Below, piece after piece: positions 38,045 through 50,608 of a stretch of 64,000 nt of DNA. The stretch spans positions 10,788,001 through 10,852,000 of the forward strand of contig CM059432.1 of assembly GCA_030390025.1 (NCBI GenBank). The letters run 5' to 3'. How positions within the stretch are numbered: the first letter of the stretch is position 1; every line of letters begins with the position of its first letter. The notes beneath the pieces are model-generated. The model was not told the origin of the DNA and searched no databases. It saw nothing but the letters and a program-made list of their open reading frames with translations. Both the position numbers and the translations under genes were made by a program. The stretch comes from Squalus acanthias (taxonomy: Eukaryota).

Positions 38045-38850
38045 ACAGACAGACCAAGCGAGTGGGCAAAACTATGGCAGATGGAGTTCAATCTGGGAAG
38101 TGTGAGGTCATCCCTTTTGGATCAGAGAAAGACAAATCGGAATTTATTAATGGTGAGAGACTGCGAGCTGTGGAGGAGCAAATGGATTTAGGTGTTCATT
38201 TCAGCAAATCACTAAAAGCTAGTGCACAGGAATAAAATGTAATCAAAAGGTTTACTGGAATGTTGGCCTTTATCTCAAAGGGATTGGAATTCAGAAGTGA
38301 GGAAGTGATGCTCCAGTTGTAGAGAGCCTTGGTCAGACCCCATCTGGAGCACTGCGTTCAGTTTTGGACACCATAGAAAGATATCTTGGTATCAGGAAAA
38401 ATATATTGGTCTTGGAGGGGGTACAGTGCGGAATGATACCGGGGCTTAAAGAATTAAATTAGGAGGACAGGTTGCGTATTCCCTTCAGTTTAGAAGGTTG
38501 AGGAGTGATCGAATTGAGGTCTTTAAAATGTTAAAATAATTTGATGTGGTAGATACAGAGAAATGATTTGCTCTGGTGGGGGAATGTAGAAAAAGGGGGC
38601 ATAATCTTAAAATTAGAGCTAAACCATTTAGAAGTGAAATCAGGAATTCTCTCCTCCAAAAGGCTGTGGATGCTGGGTCAACTGAAATTTTCAAGATGGA
38701 GATAGATAGATATTTGTTAGGGAAGGGTATCAAGGGATATGGAGCAAAGGCGGGAGATGGAGTTGAGATACAGATCAGCCATGATCTAATTGAATGGTGG
38801 ATCAGACTCGAGGGGCTGAATGGACTACTCCTGTTGCTATGTTCCGAACA
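38045..38850 (+). mobile_element. Degenerate CR1 3' fragment
   Basis: EWAKLWQMEFN...KCEVI, through to the 3' UTR. Confidence 0.88.
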
Positions 38851-39315
38851 GTTTGCCTATGTGTAGCCGTTTAACGTAGAAAACATCCCGAAGCACTTTA
38901 CAGAGAGTAAGGGAATGGAGGGAGAGATTAGGAGGATGCCGGAAAGTTGGGTCGAAAAGATAGGCTTTGAGAAGGCTTTCCATCGGGCTGAGGGACGTGG
39001 AGAAGCAGAGGCAGCGGCTGATATTCAGTTCCATGGCAGTCAATGCAACTGAGTATCAGGCGCTGTGAATAACGGGCAGCCGATCCAATACCGCCCGGTT
39101 TGCAGCACCTGCTGAGACGAATTTCTAGGCCAGAGAGTTTCTGTCTGCCTGATATGGAGTGCACACTCTTTGCCTCCAGGGACACACCAAACTTAGCAGT
39201 CAGGAGAGCACAGGCACAGGTTTACAGGGCCAAGGATTAGTTAAATCGGAAGTGGGTGCAGAGTTACTGCTGAAGTTTAACCAACTAAAACCATTCTACC
39301 TACCAGCACAGAGCA

Positions 39316-40686
39316 ATGGTAATGCTAGAGTCCATTATAAAAGATGTAATAGCAGAGCACTTGGAAAACAGTGACAGGATCGGACAAAGTCAACATGGAT
39401 TTACAAAAGGTAAATCGTGCCTGACTAATCTACTGGAATTTTTTGAGGATGTAACTGGTAGAATAGATAAGGGAGAACCAGTGGCTGTGGTGTATTTGGA
39501 CTTTCAGAAGGCTTTCGATAAGGTCCCGCATAAGAGATTGGCGTGCAAAGTTAAAGCACATGGGATTGGGGGTAAGGTACTGATTTGGATAGAGAACTGG
39601 TTGGCAGACAGGAAGCAAAGAGTTGGAATAAACATGCCTTTTTCCAAGTGGCAGGCAGTGACTAGTGGGGTACCGCAGGGATCGGTGCTAGGACCCCAGC
39701 TATTCACAATATGTATTAATCATCTAGACGAGGGAACTAGATGTAATATCTCTAAGTTTGCAGACGACACAAAGCTGGGTGGGCGTGTGTGCTGTGAGGA
39801 GGATGCAGAGAAACTCCAGTATGATTTGGACAGGTTGGGTGATTGGGCAGATGCATGGCAGATGCAGTATCATGTGGATAAATGCGAGGTTATCCACTTT
39901 GGTGGCAAAAATAGGAAGACAGATTATTATCTGAACGGCAATAGATTGGGAAAAGGGGAAGTGCAACGAGATCTGGGAGTCCTTGTGCACCAGTCGCTGA
40001 AGGTAAGCATGCAGGTGCAGCAGGCGGTTAAGAAGGCAAATGGTATGTTGGCCTTCATAGCGAGAGGATTCGAGTACAGGAGCAACGATGTCTTGCTGCA
40101 GTTGTACAGGGCCTTGGTGAGACCACACCTTGAGTATTGTGTGCAGTTTTGGTCGCCTTATCTGAGGAAGGATGTTCTTGCCATGGAGGGAGTGCAGCGA
40201 AGATTTACCAGACTGATACCTGGGATGGCAGGAATGACGTATGAAGAGAGATTGGGTCGATTGGGCTTATATTCGCGAGAGTTTAGAAGAATGAGAGGGG
40301 ATCTCATTGAAACTTATAAAATTCTAACAGGACTAGACAGACTAGATGCAGGAAGGATTCCTCCGATGGCGGGGGAGTCCAGAACCAGAGGTCACAGTCT
40401 AAGGATAAGGGGTAAGCCATTTAGGACTGAGATGAGGAGGAATTTCTTCACCCAGAGAGTGGTGAACCTGTGGAATTCTCTACCACAGAAGGCAGTTGAG
40501 GCCAATTCATTAAATATATTCAAGAAGGAGATAGATATATTTCTTAAGGCTAAAGGGATCAAGGGATATGGGGAGAAAGCAGGGACAGGGTACTGAATTT
40601 GGATGATCAGCCATGATCTCATTAAATGGCGGAGCAGGCTCGAGGGGCCGAATGGCCTACTCCTGCTCCTATCTTCTATACTTCTA
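39316..40686 (+). mobile_element. Young 5'-truncated CR1 LINE with an uninterrupted 426-aa RT segment
   Basis: [21 protein letters not shown] and KFADD motifs, no stops up to 40596, 3' UTR and tail present. Confidence 0.96.
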
Positions 40687-40849
40687 GTTGCTTGTTCACT
40701 GGATTCACCCTACCTTTGGCTCTACTGACAGAGTTATTTGGAGCACAATGGGAAAAATCTGGTCCCCACTGACAGGTTTACACCTCCAAGTTCTATCTCT
40801 CATCAAGAACAACTTGTATTTGTAAGGCAGCCAAGTAACAGATATCTTA

Positions 40850-43800
40850 GAGCACTTAACAAGGGAGTAAGTCTGCAACTCAAGGAACTTCGGCTCAGAG
40901 TTGTTGAGCTGCAGTCCGAGCTGCAGACATCGCGATGCATCAGGGAGGGGGTGAGTTACCTGGATACTTTGTTCCAGGAGACAGTCACACCCTTTAGGTT
41001 AAGTAGTACTTTAGAGTTCGTCAGTAGTCAGGGACAGGAGGGTGTGATTGCGAGTCAGGTAGGTATGGGGACCCAGGATGTAATGATGGAGGAGCCTCAG
41101 CCCTGGACCTTGTCCAACAGGTACGAGATACTTGCTGCCTGTATGGATGAGAAAAAGGACTGCAGGGAGGATGGGCAAACTGACCACGGCACCGTGGTAC
41201 AGGGGGCCACCCAAGTGGGGGGGAGAAGGAAGGAATGTGGTAGTGGTAGGGGACAGTATTGTCGGGGGATAGATACTGTTCTCTGCAGCCGCGAAATAGT
41301 GCCCTGAAGGCTGTGTTGCCCGACTCGGTGCCAGGGTTAAGGATATCTCCTTGCGGCTGGAGAAGAACTTGGAGTGGGAGGGGGAGGATCCAGTTTTCAT
41401 GGTCCATGTAGGATCCAACGACATAGGTAGAACTAAGAATGAGGTTCTGCTGAGGGAGTTTGAGGAGCATGGGTCTAAATTAATATGCAGAACCTCAAGA
41501 GTAATAATCTCTGGATTACTACCTGAGCCACGTGCAAATTGGCATAGGGTCAAGCAGATCAGAGAGTTAAATGCGTGGCTCAAAGAGTGGTGTGGGAAGA
41601 AGGGGTTTCAATTCATGGGGCACTGGCACCAGTACTGGGGAAAGAGGGAGCTGTTCCGTCAGGGACGGGCTCCATTTAATCCGGGCTTGGACCAGTGTCC
41701 TGGCGAATTGAATAACTAGGGCTGTAGATAGGGCTTTAAACTAAAAAAAAGGGGGGGGGTGGGGGGAGGGGTCAGGTGAGGGGAATTTTAGAAATCTAAA
41801 GAGAAAGGTCAAGGCAATAGAGCAGTGTAGCGATTTGGGTAAAAATAAGCAGAGTGTGACAGGAAGGGACAAAGAGTTTAACGGTAGCAGTGCAGCAGAA
41901 AATAATGGTAAAACATTTAAATTAATGGCTCTTTATCTGAATGCACGAAGCATTCGTAACAAGATAGACAAACTAGTGGCACAAATAGAGATAAATGTGT
42001 TTGATCTAATAGCCATTACAGAGATGTGGTTGCAAGGTGACCAACGTTGGGAACTAAATGTTCCAGGGTACTTGACGTTTCGAAAAGACAGGCAGAATGG
42101 AAAAGGAGGGGTGTAGCCCTGATAATAAAGGAAGACATAAGGACTGTAGAGGGAAAGGATCTCGGCTCGTAAGATCAGGAAGTAGAATCATTTTGGGTGG
42201 AGATAAGGAATAACAAGGGGCAGAAAACACAGGGGGCCTATATACTACTCCCACCAAACAGTAGCTATACCGTTGGACAGAATATTAATCAAGAAATAGT
42301 AGGAGCTTGTAACAAAGGTAATGCAATAATCGTGGGGGACTTTAATCTTCATATAGACTGGACAAATCAAATTGGCAAAGCTAGTCTGGAGGACGAGTTC
42401 ATGGAATGCATTCAGGACAGTTTCCTAGAACAATACGTCATGGAACAGGCTATTTTAGATCTTGTATTGTGTAATGAGACCGGGTTAATTAGCAATCTCA
42501 TAATAAAGGATCCTCTGGGGCAGAATGATCATAATATGATAGAATTTCACTTTAATTTTGAGAGTTACTTACCTCAGTCCGAAACCAGAGTCTTAAACTT
42601 AAATAAAGCCAATTACATAGGTATGAGGGGCGAGTTGGCGAAGGTAGATTGGAAAAATAGAACAAAAGGTATGGCGGTAGATAAGCAGTGGCTAACATTT
42701 AAAGAAATATTTCATAATTCTCAACAAAAATACATTCCATTGAGAAACAAAAACTCCACAGGAAAAGTGATCCATCTGTGGCTAACTAAAGAAGTTAAGG
42801 ATAGCATTAGAGTAAAAGAAGAAGCTTATAATGTTGCGAAGAATAGTAGCAAACCTGAGGATTGGGAGAGTTTCAGAAACCAGCAAAGGATGACCAAAAA
42901 GGGAACAAATAGAATGAGAGAAAACTAGCAAGAAATATAAAAACAGATTGCAAGAGCTTCTACAAGTATGTAAAAAGGAAGAGAGTAGCAAAAGTCCCTT
43001 TGAGGCTGAGACAGGAGAGATTATTATGGGAAATAATGAAATGGCAGAAACATTAAACAACTAATTTGTATCTGTCTTCACAGTAGAAGACACAAAAAGT
43101 ATACCAAAAATGGTGGGGAACCAAGGGTCTAATGAGGGTGTGGAACTTAATGTAATTAATATAAGTAAAGAAAAAGTACTAGAGAAACTAATGGGACTAA
43201 AAGCCAACAAATCCCCTGGACCTGACGGCCTACATCTTAGGGTTCTAAAAGAGGTGGCAGCAGAAATAGTGGATGCATTGGTTTTGATCTTCCAAAATTC
43301 CCTAGATTCTAGAAGGTAGCAAATGTAACACCGCTATTCAAGAAAGGAGGGAGAAAGAAAACAGGGAACTACAGGCCAGTTAGCCTGACATCAGTTATTG
43401 GGAAAATGCTGGAATCCATTGTTAAGGAAGTGGTATCAGGGCACTTAAAGTCATCACATGATTAGGCAGAGTCAACATGGTTTTATGAAAGGGAAATCGT
43501 GTTTGACAAATTTATTAGAGTTTTTTGAGGATGGAACTAGCAGGATAGATAAAGGGGAACTAGTGGATGCAGTATATTTGCATTTCCAAAAGACATTCGA
43601 TAAGGTGCCCCATAAAAGGTTATTACACAAGATAAGGGCTCATGGGGTTAGGGATAATATAGTAGCATGGATACAGGATTGGTTAACAGACAGAAAACAG
43701 AGAGTAGGGATAAACGGGTCTTTTTCAGGTTGGCAGGCTGTAACTAGTGGGGTGCCGCAAGGATCAGCGCTGGGGCCTCAGCTATTTATAATCTATATTA

Positions 43801-44766
43801 ATGACCTAGATGACTGGACCGAGTGCAATGTATCCAAGTTTGCTGATGATACAAAGCTAGGTGGGACAGTAAGCTATGAGGAGAACACAAAGAATCTGCA
43901 AAGGGATATAGATAGACTAAGTGAGTGGGCAGTAAGGTGGCAGATTAAGTATAAGGTAGGGAAATGTGAGGTTATTCACTTTGATAGGAAGAATAGAAAA
44001 ACAGAATATTTTTTAAATGGTGAGAAACTTTTAAATGTTGTTGTTTAAGAGATTTGGGTGCCCTCGTGCAAGAAACACAGAAAGCTAGCATGCAGGCACA
44101 GCAAGCAATAAGGAAGGCAAATGGCATGTTGGCATTTATTGCAAGGGGGTTGCAGTATAAGAGTAAGGAAGTCTTGCTACAATTGTACAGGGCCTCAGTG
44201 AGACCACACCTGGAGTACTGTGCACAGTTTTAGTCTCCTTATTTAAGGAAAGATATACTTGCCTTGGAGGCGGTGCAACGAAGGTTCACTCGATTGATTC
44301 CTGGGATGAGAGAGCTGTCCTACGATGAGAGATTGTGCAGAATGGGCCGATACTCTTTGGAGTTCAGAAGAATGAGAGGTGATCTCATTGAAACATACAA
44401 GATTCTGAAGGGGATTGACAGGGTAGATGCTGAGAGGTTGTTTCCCCTGGCTGGAGTGTCTAGAACTAGGGGGCATAGTCTCAGGATAATGGGTAGGCCA
44501 TTTAAGACTGAGATGAGGAAGAATTTCTTCACTCAGATGGTTGTGAATCTTTGGAATTCTCTTCCCCAGAGGGCTGTGGATGCTGAGTCTTTGAGTATAT
44601 TCAAGGCTGAGATAGATAGATTTTTGGACTCTAGAGGAATCAATGGATATGGAGATCAGGCAGGAAAGTGGAGTTGAGGTCTATGATCAGCCGTGATCTT
44701 TTTGAATGGCGAAGCAGGCTCGAGGGGCTGTATGGCCTACTCCTGCTCCTATTTCTTATGTTCTTA
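40850..44766 (+). mobile_element. Near full-length degenerate CR1 LINE (esterase ORF1; APE-RT ORF2)
   Basis: ORF1 SGNH motifs (VHVGSNDI), APE motifs (YLNARSI, IVGDFN, NDH), RT motifs, several frameshifts, ttcttatgttctt tail. Confidence 0.95.
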
Positions 44767-45331
44767 AAAAAGTAGTCAATGAAGAAGAAAATAATTAAAT
44801 TGCACCAGGGTGGGGAATCCTTGGTGAGGTTCTTTTTTTTAAAAAAAAGCTCTGACGAAAGGAATACCCACATGGGAGAAATTACCAGAAAAATAAATTA
44901 ATGAGTCGTACTTTTATTTCCGTCAAGAGACTCTATAGTGGGCGTATGCAATCATTTATCATTTTAGTAATGCCCATATCAGCCTGGGTACTGCCTACAG
45001 CTACTGGGGATGCCTGTGCTGTAGCTACACTAATCTAGCCCAATAAGTCTGGTAGAATAACATTATTATTTGTAAGCTAACTTGCTACTGCCCAAGTTCT
45101 TTGGGATATGAAACTATGGAAGTTGCAATCATGAAAAGAAACATGGCCAATTCCCTAAATGAAACAATGCTGAGGAAGAGTTTCTTCTTCCTGCTGCTGC
45201 TCCTCCTCCTCCTCCTCCTCCTCTCCCACGCTTCACACCACCTTTCTCCTTGGAGAAGGTGAATTCCTATTCTGGGACAGTCAGTTGTGGTCAGCAATGT
45301 CACAGAGCAGAATTAATAATTAAATTTTTAC

Positions 45332-45493
45332 CTGTACAGATGAGTCTCCCATGATATATTTTGCTCCCTCTATAACCGCCATGTATGAAAATCTCAACTG
45401 ATCTGGAGTCTGTATGAGTCCCATCCGATACTTCCTCATTTCTAACAGTACTTGTCTGATGTCCACAGAAGAAGGATCTTTGCGTTTCTCCAT
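45332..45493 (-). CDS. PTPN2: PTPN2 exon 7 (Q loop)
   Basis: ttctag|ATG...CAG|gtaaaa, 162 nt, [54 protein letters not shown]. Confidence 0.96.
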
Positions 45494-46171
45494 CTAGAAG
45501 AAAAATACCCTGCTCAGCAGACAATTTAGTCCCTAAACATGACATAACAAGTAGTTAAATAAAAAGGTTTGTTATGTTTCTTATGTTTATTTATCCCCAC
45601 AATGGCCTCAACGGTTTCAGGCACCATGGTGGTACAAACTATTGAAGTACCAGCATGCCTTTGCACAGAACTGGTTGACAAAGGCTCAATACCCTCTAAG
45701 CCACATTCAGATTTCTGCCATAATTTCTGTTGTGGGTAGAGGGGGGTGCGGTGCGCAGTGAGCAGGACTGGTTCCCTGCCCACAGGACAAAGGAAAATTA
45801 CAGGGCGTTGTCCTAAGACTATTGTACACACCTCCTTGTGACAAGCTGACAATGGCATTGCCAAAGGCAGATCATTTGCCCATATAATCAGCTGCAGAAA
45901 GTTGGCTCAGGGAGTTTATCCTGCTAAAATGTTAAAATGACTTCAGTTCAAGTTATCAGCACCGGTCCAAATTTGATGGGTAACTTGTTCCACCAGCTGA
46001 ACATTAAATCAACCGTCGGCATTAAAATTGGGCTTTACCTGGCATGCAAAATAATGCCATAATGGATCATAGGATATAAAAAGGTATCTAGCATAGAGTT
46101 AATGTATATCTAAAGAGGAAGGGCACAATCATGGTATTTTCAATAACTCAGTAAATTGCACGATTACTCAC

Positions 46172-46381
46172 CAAAAGAAGACATGTATCTACTAATGAGA
46201 AGGTACCAGATCGTCCAATGCCTGCACTACAATGAACTACGGCAGGCCCACACTCGGAGCTCAAGGAGCCAGACTCTCTCACTTTTAACAGAAAATTAAG
46301 GAATGAAGCAGGGGATTCTGGTACTCCAAAATCAGGCCAAGTGGTATAATGGAAGTGGAAGATCTCTCGGGTCTCTCCAGT
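46172..46381 (-). CDS. PTPN2: PTPN2 exon 6 (WPD loop and catalytic HCSAGIGR)
   Basis: aatag|ACT...TTG|gtgagt, 210 nt, [70 protein letters not shown]. Absent from the ORF track. Confidence 0.97.
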
Positions 46382-47656
46382 CTATTGAGACAAAATAAGA
46401 ACAAGAAACACAAGTTAAATTGTTGCTAACAACATTTAAAAAAACAACTCAATTACAGCTTTTCCAAATATGCAGTTCACCATTTTCAAGCTATATAAAA
46501 ACTCCTATAAGGTCAAGAAGTTTTAACTGTATAAAAAGGGAAATAACTCTCAAACCGTAAAAATTCCACTTTCTTTGGGGCCATTACCTAGAATCAAGAT
46601 TCTCTTTAATTAATGTTGAAAAAGGTGGTACATTCTGGGGATTTAATTTTTAAGAAAGAGAACATTTACTTAAGTTTTAGACTTCATAGGAGTCCTATTA
46701 AATGAGTTTCAGATAAAAGTTTTCCAGCAACTCTGAATCCAAGACAAATCGGGAGAACCTTTGTTGGAACCCAGTATCATAATACTCATTTACTAATATA
46801 CAATCAAAGCAGTGTTTGCATTTATACAGTGCCTTATGTTGAAATAACTCAATATGAACCCATATTAGCCATCTTTTATGATTTTATTTCTATCCAGTTG
46901 TTCCATGATCTTATCTTTAAAAAGGTTTCCATAATTTTACCCACAATGGACGTCAAAACTCACTGGTCTGTAGTTTCCACTTTCGCTACCTTTTTTAAAA
47001 AATAGGAGCAACTTCTGCCTTTCTCCAGTCCCCAGGTACCTCTCCAGTATTCAGTGATTTCTGGAAGATTTGTGCCAGAGTTCCTGCAATTTCCTCCCTT
47101 ATTTCCAGGTTTTTCCCAAAAGGCAGGCTAGATGCTTGCAACAAACATTCAAAGGCCATGCAAATGAAGTGGGAGTGACATCACCACACCCCTCACCTCA
47201 TTTTCCTAGGTCTCCACTTGCCAGAGGCCGATAATTAGTGGGCCTTAGTCAGTGTGCTCAGGTCCCCCTCAGAATGAAGGATCCGGGAGGGGCAGGCTCA
47301 AAGTCATAAAAGCTGAAATCATTTTCCTTTTTCTTTCAGGGCCAGCAGGATGGGAATTGGAAATGGGTGCTTTCTGGCCACCGTCTTTGAACAGCAGCCA
47401 GAAGGCCCTGAAACAACCTTCTCCCCCACTCCACATCTAGGTCCACGGTTCTGCAAGTAGCAGGAATGAGCCAAATGAACATCAGGCTCAAGGTAATTCG
47501 GTAAATACAGGCAGTTTCAGGTCAGGCAGATCACACATCGGTTGCGCTCTGGCTGACTTGTGATGAGGTGGGAGGAAATCAGCCCTACAAAGTAGGTTCA
47601 ATCATCACTACCACCGCACTTGTATAATTGTCAATTTCAGTTACATATCCCCTTAC

Positions 47657-47794
47657 AGAGGTTCTTTGCACTTGCAGCTGCCGCACAGTGTAGTATGATT
47701 TTACATCTTCAGACAACAATCTTAAGCTGAACTCGGTGTCTTCAAACGACATTACTTCCTCTTCCTTGCTTGGCCAATACTTTTCACACTTTAC
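47657..47794 (-). CDS. PTPN2: PTPN2 exon 5
   Basis: ttgcag|GTA...TCT|gtaagg, 138 nt, VKCEKYWPSKEEEVMSFEDTEFSLRLLSEDVKSYYTVRQLQVQRTS (KCxxYWP motif). Confidence 0.95.
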
Positions 47795-48409
47795 CTGCAA
47801 TGCAAAAGATAATATTTACAGTTTCGTTTTTCAGGAGACTAAAAAACACATAAGCTCACTAAAACAAAAGCTGTAAATAGTTATAGGGTGCAGGTGCATT
47901 CATTAAATTGCAGTCAGCTGCTACTCTGTTAGTACCCAGTATTTTCATTGACAGAGTTCCACAGGGGAGGCAGATAGAAAATTTGATAAGTAGAAGACAG
48001 TTTTATCCCTAAATGGATCAATTTAATGTCTTCAATATAATTTGTTGCATAATACCATATTAGGCATTATACGATATTATTATGCAACAGATAATATTGA
48101 AAACAATCAAAGTCATATACAGGTATCGTTTTAATTAGAGGGATCTGCATATTTAAATTTCACCCTCCATGAACCAACTTCTTGGGACAGAAAGGAGAAA
48201 TGGCACTTCTGCCAATAATAATGATTCGCCTCTAAATAGTATGTCAATCTGGGGGGGAAACTATATAGCTGATAACACAATTGCCTTAAACCTCGGAATA
48301 AGACCCTTAAAAACTAAAAAAAAACTTTTTGTAATGGGCTACCTTCACCATGCATCTGAAAAAAGAATTGTGTAATGAACATGGCAAAATCGCTGGCCAA
48401 AACTTACTA

Positions 48410-48520
48410 TTTAGGGTCAGACAGGAAGAATGGCCACTTGAGTGAGGTAACGGAGGGTAGGCGGCTCCCCATGGAACCATATCCCAGCGTGAATCAACGC
48501 CTTTAGGAAAGGAGAGAATG
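48410..48520 (+). mobile_element. LF-SINE-like 3' fragment
   Basis: gaagaatggccacttgagtgaggtaacggaggg...atggaaccatatcccagc...tcaacgcctttagga. Confidence 0.65.
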
Positions 48521-49558
48521 CTGGGTGGGTGGGTGGGGGGGGGGGGGGGGGGGGGGGGCAGCGAGTGTGGGAAGCAAGTCAACAGTAACTACATTCATTG
48601 AGATGAACTTTTTCCAGTTTAACTTAAATTGCAGGTAGCAAATTATTTTGAGTAGCCGATTATATTTGGACGGCACTGCTAACATTTTGGGAAAAAAAAA
48701 TAGGAAACATAAATCATTGACCTATATTCTCCCCCTCAACCATGTGGCACTGTCACCACAAAATAGGATTTTCTCCCCCCACCCACTAGATTATCTTGCA
48801 AGCCAATACCTTAGCGGGTAAGGTTGTACTAGCTGGAAAAGCAGGAGGGAGTTTATCAGTGCTCTGAAAAGGTAAGCTGCATTATTGTAGCGCTTAAAAC
48901 TTCAGCAGTACCCCTGCACACACTTAGGAGTCCCTAAGCCATGGCTCTGCCAATGGGCGCTTTAAGCTCTCTGGATTTAGGTATAAGAGGGCTGTCTCCT
49001 TATGGGAAGAGTACGTACGCTGTATTGGGCAAATAAAAATTCTATGGGTATAGATTTGTCAGTAGCTTTCTTCAGAGAAGGTTCCCATGCATCAAACATC
49101 TGGTTAACCAAAAAAAAAACCCCCACATGTCGCAATATTTTCTTGACTGGAAGGGGAAGCAGGCAACCGGTCGATACCAATGCTATCAGCCAATAGAAGA
49201 CGTACAACATCACGGTCGGTGATACTTTTCAGGGGGAGCAGTCATAATTCTATTCAGTGCCTCCTCCAGATGGGGTACACGAGATCAGGAAATCACGTGG
49301 TGACTCTACTTCCAAACACACAGGAAGTCTTTAACACAACACAAAGCATCACCAGGCCAACTAGCTTGCTCATTTTAACTAGGGCAGGAGGGCAAGAACC
49401 TCCTCTATTCGCAGCTTATTACTCGAATGGCAATTTGCCATTTTGTGGCAACATTAAATCTAAGTTACTGGTTGGACATTTTGTTGGAGGCTTAACACCA
49501 AGTTCATGTGGTTAAAGTCAAGCTACAAATATTAAAAGTTCGATCATGTTTCACTTAC

Positions 49559-49657
49559 TGATCCCTTTTCAATGATACGATTCAGCATCACAACTGCTCT
49601 GCTTTCTTGTTCCCATACCATTTGCCAGAAATGGCCACAGGAGTTGGGAAGGGGACC
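49559..49657 (-). CDS. PTPN2: PTPN2 exon 4 (PTP domain)
   Basis: cag|GGT...TCA|gtaagt, 99 nt, [33 protein letters not shown]. Confidence 0.95.
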
Positions 49658-50608
49658 CTGTTAGGAGAAGCACACATATAGTAATACACTGGAATCAATG
49701 TCATTAAAAAGAGCAATGCATGACTGCATGTATAATAGAAGGCACTGCCCTTACCTGTGAATCTGAAGTTACTTCACAATACATGGCAATAAATAATCTA
49801 ATATTTTATATTTTAATTATTTTCAGATTTTACTGAACTACCATCAAACACCGTCAACTATTCACATCTCAAGGTAAAACTTTCAGGGTTGCTCAGCACT
49901 GTATGCAGTGTTACAGTTCTCAACTTCTGTCCCTGCAAGTTGCCAGTGCTGTAGTAGGCGTTAGTGGCCACAGTGTACATACTGCAACAGGAAAATTATT
50001 TTCTCACTTTCTTAAAGAAGCCTATTACAGAATCATAGAATGGTTGCAGCACAGAAGGAGGCCATTCGGCCTGTCGAGCCCGTGCTGGCTCTCTGCCAGA
50101 GCACTTCAGCCAGTCCCGCTCCCCTGCCCTTTCCCCGTAGCCCTGCAAATTTTTTTTCCTTCAGGTACTTATCCAATTCCCTTTAGAAAGCCACGATTGA
50201 ATCTGCCTCCACCCACCCTTTCAGGCAGTGCATTCCAGATCCTAACCACTCGCTGCGTAAAAACGTTTTTCCTCATGTCGCCTTTGGTTCTTCTGCCAAT
50301 CACCTTAAATCTGTGTCCTCTGGTTCTCGACCCTTCCGCCAATGGGAACAGTTTCTCTCTATCTACTCTGTCTAGACCCCTCATGATTTTGAACACCTCT
50401 ATCAAATCTCCTCTCAATCTTCTCTGCTCTAAGGAGAACAACCCCAGCTTCTCCAGTCTATCCACGTAACTGAAGTCCCTCATCCCTGGAACCATTCTTG
50501 TAAATCTTTTCTACACCCTCTCTAAGGCCTTCACATCCTTCCTAAAGTGCGGTGCCCAGAATTGGACACAATACTCCAGTTGAGGCCGGACCAGTGTTAA
50601 GAAACATA

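Noticed and set aside
39316..40596. 426-aa reverse transcriptase as a host gene or retron/DGR-like system
   Set aside because: Plain 5'-truncated CR1 ORF2 with its 3' UTR, and a near-identical copy elsewhere in the window.
45085..45303. ORF with a poly-Arg/Ser tract
   Set aside because: Translation of a (CCT)n/(CTG)n microsatellite in intron 7.
28360..49657. Assignment as PTPN1 (PTP1B)
   Set aside because: Despite PTP1B-like segments, the KRKRWLYW tail, [12 protein letters not shown], the TC45-like exon and linkage to FAM210A favour PTPN2.
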